From contig CP070695.1 in NCBI GenBank assembly GCA_020353515.1, positions 1,207,537 to 1,271,536 on the forward strand: a DNA stretch of 64,000 bases. The letters run 5' to 3'. Source of the stretch: Candidatus Heimdallarchaeota archaeon (GTDB lineage Archaea; Asgardarchaeota; Heimdallarchaeia; Hodarchaeales; Hodarchaeaceae). The notes below the pieces were generated by a model. It did not search any database and was not told where the DNA came from. It saw only the letters and a list, made by a program, of their open reading frames with translations. A program made the position numbers and the translations under genes. This document shows positions 8,285 to 18,035 of the stretch, in pieces. The number at the start of each line of letters is the position of its first letter. Position 1 is the first letter of the stretch.

Positions 8285-10042
8285 TTATTTCTTCTGTCTA
8301 AGCTCCTCCTCTTCTTTCAGAGCGCGTCGAAGAACCTTACCGACTTGGGTCATTGGTAATTCATTGCGAAACTCAATATAAGTCTCATCGTGAGGCTGCT
8401 TATATTTTACCAACTTTTCTTGGCAATATTCCAAGACCTCCGCTTTAGTAAGCTTTTCATCTGTTTTGGGAATAATAAAGACTTTGACAGTTTCTCCAAC
8501 TTTAGGATGAGGAACTCCAATGACAGCTGCATTCGAAATTTTGGGATGAGCAATAAGTACTTCTTCGATTTCCCTGGGATACGCCTTGAAACCTCCCACA
8601 TCAATCATATCCTTCTTCCGATCTGTTACATAGAAGTAGAAATCTTCATCATATTTACCAATATCTCCCGTTAAAAAGTAATTTTTTCCATCAATTTCTC
8701 TAAAAACTGCTTTAGTTTCTTCAGGTTTTTTGTAATACCCCTTCATCACTTGAGGACCATGAATTGCAATTTCTCCTTCTTCATTGGGGCCTAATCTTTT
8801 CGTACCCGTTTCAAGATCGACAATTATAGCATCTGTATCAGGATAAGGTATTCCTACTGATCCTTCTTTCTTCAAAGGTTTGTCACGACCAGGTGCTGCA
8901 GCCATGGGATTTGAGTGAGTAACTGGAGACGTCTCTGTTAAACCATAACCCTCTGATAAGTTCGCTCCTGTGACCTTTTCGTACTCTTGCAATACTGCCA
9001 GTGGTAGAGGAGCTGCTCCACTTGTGCTTACTATTAAGGAACTTAAATCGTACTCCACAAGCCTGGGATGACGCAATAACGCAATATATAATGTAGGGAC
9101 GGTATTAAAAATCTGGATTTTATATTTATCCAAGAGATATAAGATTTGATTGAAATTATCTTCACGAGGATCGAGCATCAATACACCTAGAGCCCCATAC
9201 TGAACACCCAAATTCATGGCAGTTGTTGCTCCGTAACTATGATAAAAAGGGAGTGACCCAATACCAACTGTTGTTCCTCGTTCGGGTCGAGGGTTCATCC
9301 AGACGGAACACTGTTCTACATTGGCCACAAGATTTCTATGGGTCAACATCGCTCCCTTTGGAGTTCCTGTTGTACCCCCTGTGAACATTATGACAGCTAC
9401 GTCCTCAGGTTTAGTATTAACTTTTGGTCTATCTGATACGCTATAATTATCATAAATTTCATGCATATAATAGTCTTGGGGCTCTTTCTTGCTAATTTTT
9501 CCAACCAAACCACCTAAGAACCTTTTTATTCCTGATAAGTATGGTTTTATAGAAGCTACAACAACAAATTCTAAACCAGTATTTCCTTGATCTCGAACTG
9601 TTTTACAAGTCTCATAAGGTTGAGCAGCTGAAGTTATCATATCTGCACAAACAATTCCTTTTGCCTCACTTTGTTGTAATTGTCCAGTCAATTCACTCGC
9701 GGGATATTGAAAATTTAACGAAACGACGGTAGCACCAGCTTTTAAGATGCCATAATAAGCTATTACAAACTCCACCATATTAGGTAAGAAAACTGCAACC
9801 TTATCTCCTGGTTTAACTCCTCGAACGACCAAGAAAGCGGAAAATTTGTCTGAGAGTTCTCCAAGTTCACGAAAAGTCACTTTTACAACTTTTTTAAAGT
9901 TAGTTGTATCAAGAATAAGGGCAGTATTCTCTGGGAAATCTTCAACTGTTCTATCTAAATTTGTGAAAAGAGGAATTTCGGGATAATCAATTGTTTTTGG
10001 AATTCCTTCCGGCCACAAAGGAATTTCGTTTGGATTTACCAA
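8285..10042 (-). CDS. Long-chain-fatty-acid--CoA ligase
   Basis: FTGGTTGTPKG, EGYGLTE, TGDIG, DRKKDMI, YPREIEE and VGKVLRR adenylation motifs. Confidence 0.93.
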   Translation of the reverse strand: MVNPNEIPLWPEGIPKTIDYPEIPLFTNLDRTVEDFPENTALILDTTNFKKVVKVTFRELGELSDKFSAFLVVRGVKPGDKVAVFLPNMVEFVIAYYGILKAGATVVSLNFQYPASELTGQLQQSEAKGIVCADMITSAAQPYETCKTVRDQGNTGLEFVVVASIKPYLSGIKRFLGGLVGKISKKEPQDYYMHEIYDNYSVSDRPKVNTKPEDVAVIMFTGGTTGTPKGAMLTHRNLVANVEQCSVWMNPRPERGTTVGIGSLPFYHSYGATTAMNLGVQYGALGVLMLDPREDNFNQILYLLDKYKIQIFNTVPTLYIALLRHPRLVEYDLSSLIVSTSGAAPLPLAVLQEYEKVTGANLSEGYGLTETSPVTHSNPMAAAPGRDKPLKKEGSVGIPYPDTDAIIVDLETGTKRLGPNEEGEIAIHGPQVMKGYYKKPEETKAVFREIDGKNYFLTGDIGKYDEDFYFYVTDRKKDMIDVGGFKAYPREIEEVLIAHPKISNAAVIGVPHPKVGETVKVFIIPKTDEKLTKAEVLEYCQEKLVKYKQPHDETYIEFRNELPMTQVGKVLRRALKEEEELRQKK

Positions 10043-10078
10043 TTTAATTCACCATAGATTCAGAATTTGTTCAAGAAC

Positions 10079-11110
10079 TCAGTTGACTTCTATAAAAAGT
10101 TTCAACGCTTTATCTTTCTTTTCTTCAAGATATTGATATGCTTTGTCATAATCATTAAATCTGAAATGTTTTGTCATTAATGGTTCAAGTGCAACTTCCC
10201 CAGAATGAACTAATTCGATAGCTTTGAGATATTCTTTAGTTTGATACATGAGTAGACCAATAAGTCGTAATTCGTGGTCTTGTACCGTTGCTAAATCTAC
10301 AACAGGTTTATGGCTAAAAACTCCAACGATAATTATGTCTGTGCCTTTCCTAGCATTCTCAATAGCGTCATCAATTGTTTGATTACTCCCAACACATTCT
10401 ACAATTAAATCAGCCTTGTCAGGACCAAAAGCTTTCACTATCTCTTCAGATAAATTCTTCTTGATGGGATTTATAGTATAATCAATTCCAACTTTTTTGG
10501 CGATTTCCAGACGATATTCACTCACATCAGTTATTAATACCGATTTAGCCCCCAGAGCCTTTGCTGTCTGCGCTGTTAGATTACCAATGGTTCCTGCTCC
10601 TAATACAACTACATTTAACCCTCTTAAATTATCTGTTTTCGAGAAAACAGCACAAGCTACAGCCATTGGCTCAATCATTGCTCCTTGTTCATAGGACATA
10701 TCGTAAGGCAGTTTAACAACACGATTTGCTTCTGTAACAAAGAACTCGGATGCCATCCCAGTAGTTTGAAAGCCCATGACTTTTAATTTGTCACAGATAT
10801 GGTAATTACCGTGTGTACATGAATAACATTTTCCGCATACAACTTGGGGCTGAATAGTCACTTTATCCCCAATTTTAAGGTTGGCTATTTTTCTTCCTAC
10901 TTTTTCAATTATACCTGAAACCTCATGTCCTTGAGTAACTGGATATGCAGTAAGCGGATGTTTTCCATGATAAACGTGAATATCACTTCCACAAATCCCT
11001 ATACGCATTATTTTAATCATTACTTCATTTTCTTTTAATTCTGGGATTGGAATTTCGCGGAATTCAATTTTTCTTGGTTCAACCAAAATTTGTTGTTTCA
11101 TTGGTTTCAC
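10079..11110 (-). CDS. Zn-dependent medium-chain alcohol/polyol dehydrogenase
   Basis: GICGSD, GHE, structural Zn site CGKCYSC..C, GAGTIG. Confidence 0.92.
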   Translation of the reverse strand: MKPMKQQILVEPRKIEFREIPIPELKENEVMIKIMRIGICGSDIHVYHGKHPLTAYPVTQGHEVSGIIEKVGRKIANLKIGDKVTIQPQVVCGKCYSCTHGNYHICDKLKVMGFQTTGMASEFFVTEANRVVKLPYDMSYEQGAMIEPMAVACAVFSKTDNLRGLNVVVLGAGTIGNLTAQTAKALGAKSVLITDVSEYRLEIAKKVGIDYTINPIKKNLSEEIVKAFGPDKADLIVECVGSNQTIDDAIENARKGTDIIIVGVFSHKPVVDLATVQDHELRLIGLLMYQTKEYLKAIELVHSGEVALEPLMTKHFRFNDYDKAYQYLEEKKDKALKLFIEVN

Positions 11111-11208
11111 ACTATGATAATTTCTTTTTATTTAGAGATAGTTAATCTTAACATTTATTTAATATCATCTTTATACAGAATGAAGAACAGATAATGGTTC
11201 TTACAATA

Positions 11209-12636
11209 TTATAAGAAACCATCCTTGTGGTAAGAGACCATTTTCGATCCTGCTTTAATCCATTCTTCAGAGGCCTCCCTAAAAATCTCCTTAGCTCGTT
11301 TATTTGCTTCATTAATTATTGCATATTCATCAATATTAAGAAATTGGTCATCAGCTAGGATTAGATTACCAGAGATTATTACATTATCGACCTCTTTTCC
11401 TGTTGATGAGTATATCAAATTTGGGATTAAATTTCTAAATGGTTCATCGATAATAGGCGTCATATTTAATTTTTCAAGATCAATCGTGATTATATCTGCG
11501 CGTTTTCCTACCTCAAGACATCCAATATTGTCTTTGAGATCGAGAGCCACAGCTCCTCCTATGGTTGATAATTGTAAGGATTGCCAAGGTGGTAACGCTG
11601 TTGGATCATTATTATTAATTTTAGTTAAAATACTAGCCATTCTTATTTCTTGGAACATATTATAGTGACCTGGTCCAGGAGCTTGGTCTGTTCCGAGAGC
11701 TGCTATCCCTCCAAGCTTCACATAATGACCGATAGGAGGAACGATGCCATCTATTACCGCAATAGATGTTGGACATCCAACCATCTTGACCCTCTTTTTT
11801 ACCATCAATGAACGTTCAGCTTTTGATGTGTCATGAATATGAGCAGCAACAAGATTATCCTCAAGTAAACCATTCTTTTCCAGTATTTTCACAGTCGTAT
11901 AGTCCGCACCAAAGCGACCTTGAATTTGGAGTCTCTCTCTTTCACCCTGTGCGACATGCATATGTATATTGCAATTTCGGTCTTTTGCCTGTTGTTTGAT
12001 GTCTGTAAGTAAGTCTAAAGAACAAAAGTCTAAAGCCTGGGGCCCATACATAACACTTACTAACTCTGTACCCTTAAATTCCTGAAAAAGATTGTTTGCT
12101 TTTTTTAGAGCGGCTGATCCTTTCGATCCATCAAATTCATAAAGATCTCTTGGCTTCAAATGGGCTCGATCAGAGCTAACCTCGTTGATCGTTTCAATTG
12201 CGACAACCCGGACTTTTAATGGCAAATAAACTTCTTGCACTAAAGATGAAACATTTCCTGCATATTCAGCAAAAGTAGTCGTTCCTGATCTCAAACCTTC
12301 CAAGACTGCGAGTTTTGAACCTAAGATATTATCTTCCTTCTTTAGATATCTTGCTAATGGTCCAATACCTTTATTCATCCATTCAATTTCAGGTAAATCC
12401 TGAGCACCTCCTCTTAAGAGAGTAAATCCTGTATGTGCATGAGAATTGATTAATCCAGGCATTGTGATGTGATTAGTTCCATCAATGATTCGGTCAGCTT
12501 TTTTATGATTCAAGTCACTAGATTTACCAATAAAACTAATTAAGCCATCTTCAATTCCCAAACTTCCATTGGGAATTATTCCTAACCCTTTTCCTTTGAA
12601 CGTTATTAACCAAGTATTTATTATTGCTATATCCAA
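11209..12636 (-). CDS. Metal-dependent amidohydrolase (MtaD/AtzA-TrzA-like)
   Basis: PGLINSHAH, HMHVAQ, ALGTD and GKRADII motifs. Confidence 0.88.
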   Translation of the reverse strand: MDIAIINTWLITFKGKGLGIIPNGSLGIEDGLISFIGKSSDLNHKKADRIIDGTNHITMPGLINSHAHTGFTLLRGGAQDLPEIEWMNKGIGPLARYLKKEDNILGSKLAVLEGLRSGTTTFAEYAGNVSSLVQEVYLPLKVRVVAIETINEVSSDRAHLKPRDLYEFDGSKGSAALKKANNLFQEFKGTELVSVMYGPQALDFCSLDLLTDIKQQAKDRNCNIHMHVAQGERERLQIQGRFGADYTTVKILEKNGLLEDNLVAAHIHDTSKAERSLMVKKRVKMVGCPTSIAVIDGIVPPIGHYVKLGGIAALGTDQAPGPGHYNMFQEIRMASILTKINNNDPTALPPWQSLQLSTIGGAVALDLKDNIGCLEVGKRADIITIDLEKLNMTPIIDEPFRNLIPNLIYSSTGKEVDNVIISGNLILADDQFLNIDEYAIINEANKRAKEIFREASEEWIKAGSKMVSYHKDGFL

Positions 12637-12730
12637 GATTCCAACCCTATCTTAAATGGAATCTAATGAATATTTATGAGTATTTTTCGAGTTGAAACCT
12701 CTCGGTCAGGCTGAACAAACACCCATCCTT

Positions 12731-13849
12731 TTATTTTAAACCCACTTTCCAACAATAATTTGCTAGAGCGATACAGGTTGCCATACGATCAAATGCCATT
12801 TCATCATCCATATTCGCACGTTTTTGGAGGAAAAGACCTTCTAGTAGGGCACACAATCCTAGGTGAAAGGAAAATACAGATTCATAATCCTCATAGATAT
12901 CATTGATTGATAGCTCAATTGTTGAAAGGTGCCTTTCATACCCTTCAATAAAGGATTGAACCTCCTTTCGGAATGTGTGTAAATTTCCATTCCTGTCGAA
13001 GTTATCGATTGCCGAATGGAGGAAGAAAGTGCCAACATCTTCCATTCTATCTGCTGATTGTTCTTTTTCTACATATTCAGGATCGATTAACCAAGTTTGA
13101 ATCTTCTTATTACCATTACCATCTCTCTCAATCGAGAATAATACATTCCCAGGATGAAAATCCCCGAAACCAGTCGTTCCCCCCGAATGTCCGTTTGATG
13201 AAAGAACCTTCGCTAATAAATTACTAGCTAGATCAATAAAATTCTTTTTCCTTTCTTCAGGTATAATCAATTCATTAAGCGTTTTTTTCAAAAGGAAAAC
13301 ATATCTTTCTTTTTCGATTGGCTTTAAAATATCTGAATGAAACTTAGACAGGGCTTCTCCAGTTAGAAATAGCTTTACCTCAGAATTTAATTCTGATTCA
13401 TAAAATGATTCCCCTTTTATTCCTTCAAAAATCAATATATGTCCATGCTCGAAAATAACACGGGGAGTTAAAACCCCAGTGTCCTTTAATTTACTCGCTA
13501 AATGATTTGTCAGCATTTTATTCTGCAAAGCCTCCTCTGGAGATGAAAATTTCTTTATCGCAATTTTTAAAGATAAACTTCCCAGTTCACTATTAAACTC
13601 GGCTGTTACTAATTGTAATCCTTTAGATCCAACTTTATGAATTGATGAAATTCCATTAAGGACTACAAAGCGAGATTTTTCCCCAAACTCTTTTAATTGA
13701 AGTTCATCAAAATAATCTTTCAAATTTTCAACAATCTCAGCTAAAATTTGCTTAATACGTTGTTTACGTCGTATATGCTCTGCTGCAGAATTATTTTCCA
13801 TTATGGCCTCAAAATTATCATCGCAATAGGGTTTCAAAAAGGTGTGCAA
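12731..13849 (-). CDS. Atypical kinase/phosphotransferase (APH/choline kinase-like fold)
   Basis: IAIKKF lysine, GDFHPGNVLF catalytic loop, LIDPE metal-binding motif; exact start uncertain. Confidence 0.7.
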   Translation of the reverse strand: MHTFLKPYCDDNFEAIMENNSAAEHIRRKQRIKQILAEIVENLKDYFDELQLKEFGEKSRFVVLNGISSIHKVGSKGLQLVTAEFNSELGSLSLKIAIKKFSSPEEALQNKMLTNHLASKLKDTGVLTPRVIFEHGHILIFEGIKGESFYESELNSEVKLFLTGEALSKFHSDILKPIEKERYVFLLKKTLNELIIPEERKKNFIDLASNLLAKVLSSNGHSGGTTGFGDFHPGNVLFSIERDGNGNKKIQTWLIDPEYVEKEQSADRMEDVGTFFLHSAIDNFDRNGNLHTFRKEVQSFIEGYERHLSTIELSINDIYEDYESVFSFHLGLCALLEGLFLQKRANMDDEMAFDRMATCIALANYCWKVGLK

Positions 13850-13989
13850 ATAAACATCAGTAGCATAAATTTTGATAAAACTCTAGATCAAACTTCACCT
13901 TTTCTGCGCAAATGTAAGCACTATTCCTTTAAACATATTATCAAATAGTTTGATCTGTATTAAATGAACATGAAACTGGTGTTCATCTT

Positions 13990-14889
13990 ATGTCCTTGAC
14001 ACGTGAGGAACTTCATGATTTACTCCTAGCAGGTAAAGTGGTTCATTTAGCAATGGATCAAATAGCAAAATATGTGAAACCTAAGGTTTCAATTGGTTCA
14101 CTTTATGATACAATTGTTAAAATTATCACTACAACAAAAGGAGTCGACGTAGCATTCCCTCCTAATATTTCCATTAACGAAACTGCTGCTCACGATTCAG
14201 CTGGACCGATAGAAAAACGCGTCATTCCTAAGAAAGCCTTAGTAAAGATAGATATCGGCGCGAATGTTAATGGAATGTTGTCTGACACAGCTAAGACTTT
14301 TTCTACTGACGGGAAACATTTTCGCTTAATAAAATCAGCCAAGGACGCTTTGAATAACGCTATTGATATTATAAAGCCTAACCTTCGTGTTAGTGAAATA
14401 GGAGCAGTAATTCAAGAAACAATAGAAGATTATGGGTTTAAACCAATTGCGAATTTAACTGGCCATGAAATGAAAAAGGGAACTCTTCATGCAGGTCTAT
14501 CAATTCCTAGTGTCAAATCTGTTCCCTTTGCACAAAGATCAAAACTTAAAAAAGGTATGGTACTTGCTATTGAACCCTTTAGTACACCAGGAGGAGCAGG
14601 ATATGTAGAAGAAGGATCTACTCCTCCATTAATCTATTCATCCAAAGGAAATCCGAAAACAGATATTGGAAAGATTCTCGTTAAGAGGTATCAAAGACTC
14701 CCCTTTTCTCTACGCTCAGCTACCCTTTACTTAAAGAAAAAAAATATTTCGACTGACAATCTTAGGGAAATTATAAACAAAGACAATTTCTATGGGTATC
14801 ACCCATTAGTTGAAAAAACTCGTGGATTAGTAGCACAAGCGGAACACACGGTTTTAGTTACAAGTAATGGGGCAAGAATTATTACTTAA
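13990..14889 (+). CDS. map: Methionine aminopeptidase type II
   Basis: AFPPNISINE.AAH, KIDIG, SDTA, NLTGH, AIEPF, AQAEHT and the type II insert. Confidence 0.93.
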   Translation: MSLTREELHDLLLAGKVVHLAMDQIAKYVKPKVSIGSLYDTIVKIITTTKGVDVAFPPNISINETAAHDSAGPIEKRVIPKKALVKIDIGANVNGMLSDTAKTFSTDGKHFRLIKSAKDALNNAIDIIKPNLRVSEIGAVIQETIEDYGFKPIANLTGHEMKKGTLHAGLSIPSVKSVPFAQRSKLKKGMVLAIEPFSTPGGAGYVEEGSTPPLIYSSKGNPKTDIGKILVKRYQRLPFSLRSATLYLKKKNISTDNLREIINKDNFYGYHPLVEKTRGLVAQAEHTVLVTSNGARIIT

Positions 14890-14895
14890 GAAGAA

Positions 14896-16890
14896 TTATT
14901 TGTCTGATATTTGTATTAAATTACTTTTTTTTCCCATTTGGGCTTCAATATTTAGTAATGCAAGACTACTAAAATAACGAATACTTGGATCCTTTTCTAA
15001 TTCGTAGTTAATAAGATTTATTAGCTCAGGAACGGCTGATATTCCTCCACGATAACCGAGGGCTTCAGCTGCTAATTCACGAACAGTATAAATACGATCA
15101 GTCTTGATAGCTCTTATCAATGTTGGTGTTATCAAAAAATCATGGCCCTCAAAGTGACCCAAAGCATGTGCACAGGTACTCCTTACAGCATTAGAATTAT
15201 CTTTCTGGAGTAAGGAAATTAAAGTATCAATAATTTCATATGTATACTCTTTATTTGTGACGAGATCTGGTGAATCAATAATTGCTGTGAGTAATTCAAC
15301 CGCTCGTTGGCGCCATTCATTCTCTAAATCTGGTTTTAAATAGCTTAATGCTAGAGGAACATCCTCAATATCTGCCCAAGAAGTCAATATTTCTAAAAAG
15401 AGGGGTGTGATCTTGTTATGAGTCTTATTATGTAAGAGTGAGCGAATTTGAGCTATATGATTTGTTGGATCCAAAATAGATATAGCCCAGGCTGCTTGTC
15501 GCTGCACAAAAGCATCCTCATCGTTTATTAACCTATCTAAGAGGAATAGAAAGGTTGAATCTTCTTTTAAATGTCCAAAAAATGAACAAATTGCTGCACG
15601 AAGTGAGAAAGATGGTGAAATTGCTAAAATTTCTTGAATATAGGGGAGATCATCATCTAAAAATTTTTGGTCGTCTTTTAAGATATGCACAAACTCTTCT
15701 AAAGCCTCAATCACTAATTCACGTAACGGAGTTCTATCTTTTCTGAAAATTGTTAATAAACAATTAGCTGCATGTGGTATAGAACTCATTCGAGCGAGTA
15801 ATGCTACCATTCCACTTCGAATACTTGATCCCTGTTCAATCGATCCAGCAGCAGAACAAATTCTTTGAATAAGCTCCGGAGGTGTTGGTTGAATCTGTTC
15901 TATAGACCACGCAGAGATAGATCGGACATATGAATCCTGATCTTCTAGTCCTTTGAGAAGAGCTGCTAACGCTTGTTGAGATTTTAAATTACCTAATGCT
16001 TCGGCAGAAGCTTCTCGTACAAAGAAGCTAACATCTGTCTCTAATGCCTCTGCTAGCTCAGGAAGAGCTTCAAAGGAGGAGATTGCTCCAAGAGCAGTAG
16101 CTGCGGATGCACGAACAGTGGCAATTCCATCATATTTTAATTTTTCAATTAATAAAGAAGATAATTCAATGACTCCCCAATTACCTATAATTTCAACAGC
16201 TTTTCTTCGTAACTCAGGATTATGATCCGTTTCCACAATCAATTCTAATAAATCAATTACTTCAGCATTGTGAGTTTTTCCTAAAGCATCTAATCCAATT
16301 TTTCGGAGGATAGGGCGTTCATAAGAAGTTTCGACTAGGTCAATCAGATAATGTAAGAGCTCATCAGGAAGACTCTGAGACTTATATGCAAGATGTAAAA
16401 TTCCTCGTAAGACTGAAGCTCTGATTTCATCGTTGAAACGATATTTATGTGTAGCTTCCATTAATGTTTTTTCAGCAATGTCTTCAGAACAGTACCCGAT
16501 TAATTCAAGACAATAGTTCAAGTGATGTTGTTCGTCTATCAATTTCTTAAGTCGAAGAGCAGTCTTAGTCGCAGCTGTACCCTCTGCTACTTTATGAAGA
16601 GTTGAAGAGAGAGTAATGAAAAGCTTATTAAGTGTTGCTTCATCTATTTCAGTTTCAAACCAATCCAACATCGCATCAAGTACATCAAAATGACCTTCGA
16701 GACTCATTGCAATAATTTCGCGAACATCTGGAGCTGGTGATTTAACCAACGACATTAGCTTCTGTGTTATAAGAGGTGAATTCCGTTGGGCAAGATGCGA
16801 GGCAACTAAGGCTTTTATTTGAATATCTGGATCCTCTTCAATAACCTCTAGGAGTACTTCATGAATCATATCAATATCAGGTGGTTCCAC
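14896..16890 (-). CDS. HEAT/PBS-lyase repeat protein
   Basis: Repeated VRxxAAxALG units along the whole length. Confidence 0.85.
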   Translation of the reverse strand: MEPPDIDMIHEVLLEVIEEDPDIQIKALVASHLAQRNSPLITQKLMSLVKSPAPDVREIIAMSLEGHFDVLDAMLDWFETEIDEATLNKLFITLSSTLHKVAEGTAATKTALRLKKLIDEQHHLNYCLELIGYCSEDIAEKTLMEATHKYRFNDEIRASVLRGILHLAYKSQSLPDELLHYLIDLVETSYERPILRKIGLDALGKTHNAEVIDLLELIVETDHNPELRRKAVEIIGNWGVIELSSLLIEKLKYDGIATVRASAATALGAISSFEALPELAEALETDVSFFVREASAEALGNLKSQQALAALLKGLEDQDSYVRSISAWSIEQIQPTPPELIQRICSAAGSIEQGSSIRSGMVALLARMSSIPHAANCLLTIFRKDRTPLRELVIEALEEFVHILKDDQKFLDDDLPYIQEILAISPSFSLRAAICSFFGHLKEDSTFLFLLDRLINDEDAFVQRQAAWAISILDPTNHIAQIRSLLHNKTHNKITPLFLEILTSWADIEDVPLALSYLKPDLENEWRQRAVELLTAIIDSPDLVTNKEYTYEIIDTLISLLQKDNSNAVRSTCAHALGHFEGHDFLITPTLIRAIKTDRIYTVRELAAEALGYRGGISAVPELINLINYELEKDPSIRYFSSLALLNIEAQMGKKSNLIQISDK

Positions 16891-17093
16891 TAAGATAACC
16901 TATTCAGAAATTCTTATTATTCAAAATTATGATGTTTAAACATTGATATAATAAAACATTTTAGTTAAGGTAAACAAAAATGCAATATTTGAGAAAATTC
17001 GTCTTTTTAAGATGGACTATGTCAAGATAGGTTATCCTCATCTTTCAGACTGGGTTCCATAATGATGATCTGAAAGGAATAGAAAATTGTATT

Positions 17094-17858
17094 CTACTTA
17101 GTTTTAATTAGAAACTCATAGAGGATATCATTAAATTGCTCTGAATGTTCATGAGCTATACCATGATCACTTTCAAGCTCAATTATTTTTGCTTTAGGTA
17201 AATGCTCTTTTAAGACTCTATATGTGATAGAAGGATTAACAGTATCTTTATTACCATGGATCATTAAGATGGGAACATCAATTTGCTCAAGTTGTTGAAT
17301 GTATTGATTTGAACCTTTATACTGCCGTTTTATGGAGATGTATGTCTTTATTTTCTGGACTCTCTTTACAATTCTCCATAAGATTGAGATTAGTAGACTT
17401 CTATTCTCACCACTTCGCTTTTCTTTGGCTAAAAAATTCCAAGACCGAGTTATCTTACCCAGAAAAGGCCTGGGACTCACCAGAACGATACTTTGAACAT
17501 TTTCAGGATATTTTATAGCATATTTCAATGCTAAGGTACCCCCTATACTATAGCCAACAAAAACTGGTTTTTGCTTAAGTTGGAGCTCATTTGTTATGAG
17601 CTCATGCATATCAAGAAGATGATCTTCAGTATGATGTTTTTCAACCTTTTTTCCAATACTAGATCTACCGTAACCTCTTAGATCTGGTGCAATAAGGTGA
17701 AATTGGGAAAATTGATTATTATTGAGTTGAGATCCCCAATGGGTTTGGGAGCTCCCTAAATATCCATGGACAAAGACGATTGGGTAACCTTCCCCATTCC
17801 GATAATAATATAGTTGGTAACCATCTCGAGTATAATAGGGCATCTTTCTGGGCTCCAA
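17094..17858 (-). CDS. Alpha/beta-fold hydrolase
   Basis: VFVHG, DLRGYGRS, GYSIGG nucleophile, HGNKD and DH triad residues; the true start is probably the second Met. Confidence 0.9.
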   Translation of the reverse strand: MEPRKMPYYTRDGYQLYYYRNGEGYPIVFVHGYLGSSQTHWGSQLNNNQFSQFHLIAPDLRGYGRSSIGKKVEKHHTEDHLLDMHELITNELQLKQKPVFVGYSIGGTLALKYAIKYPENVQSIVLVSPRPFLGKITRSWNFLAKEKRSGENRSLLISILWRIVKRVQKIKTYISIKRQYKGSNQYIQQLEQIDVPILMIHGNKDTVNPSITYRVLKEHLPKAKIIELESDHGIAHEHSEQFNDILYEFLIKTK

Positions 17859-18035
17859 AGGCTGTAAAACAGTTCTGAATGGGACAGGGAGATATTTGAG
17901 GTTTCAATATTAAATTGCATTAGAAGGTGGATTGAACCATTTGTAATTACTTTATAAGTCTGGAAGGTTAGTTATCTCAAATTTATTGGGAGTTCGAAGT
18001 TCATATTTCCCAAGAAACACTTGAACTGATATATT

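Noticed and set aside
17042-17076. Intergenic stem CTTTCAGA-N19-TCTGAAAG as a SECIS or ncRNA
   Set aside because: Only an 8-bp stem, with no neighbouring selenoprotein candidate; at most a terminator-like or operator element.
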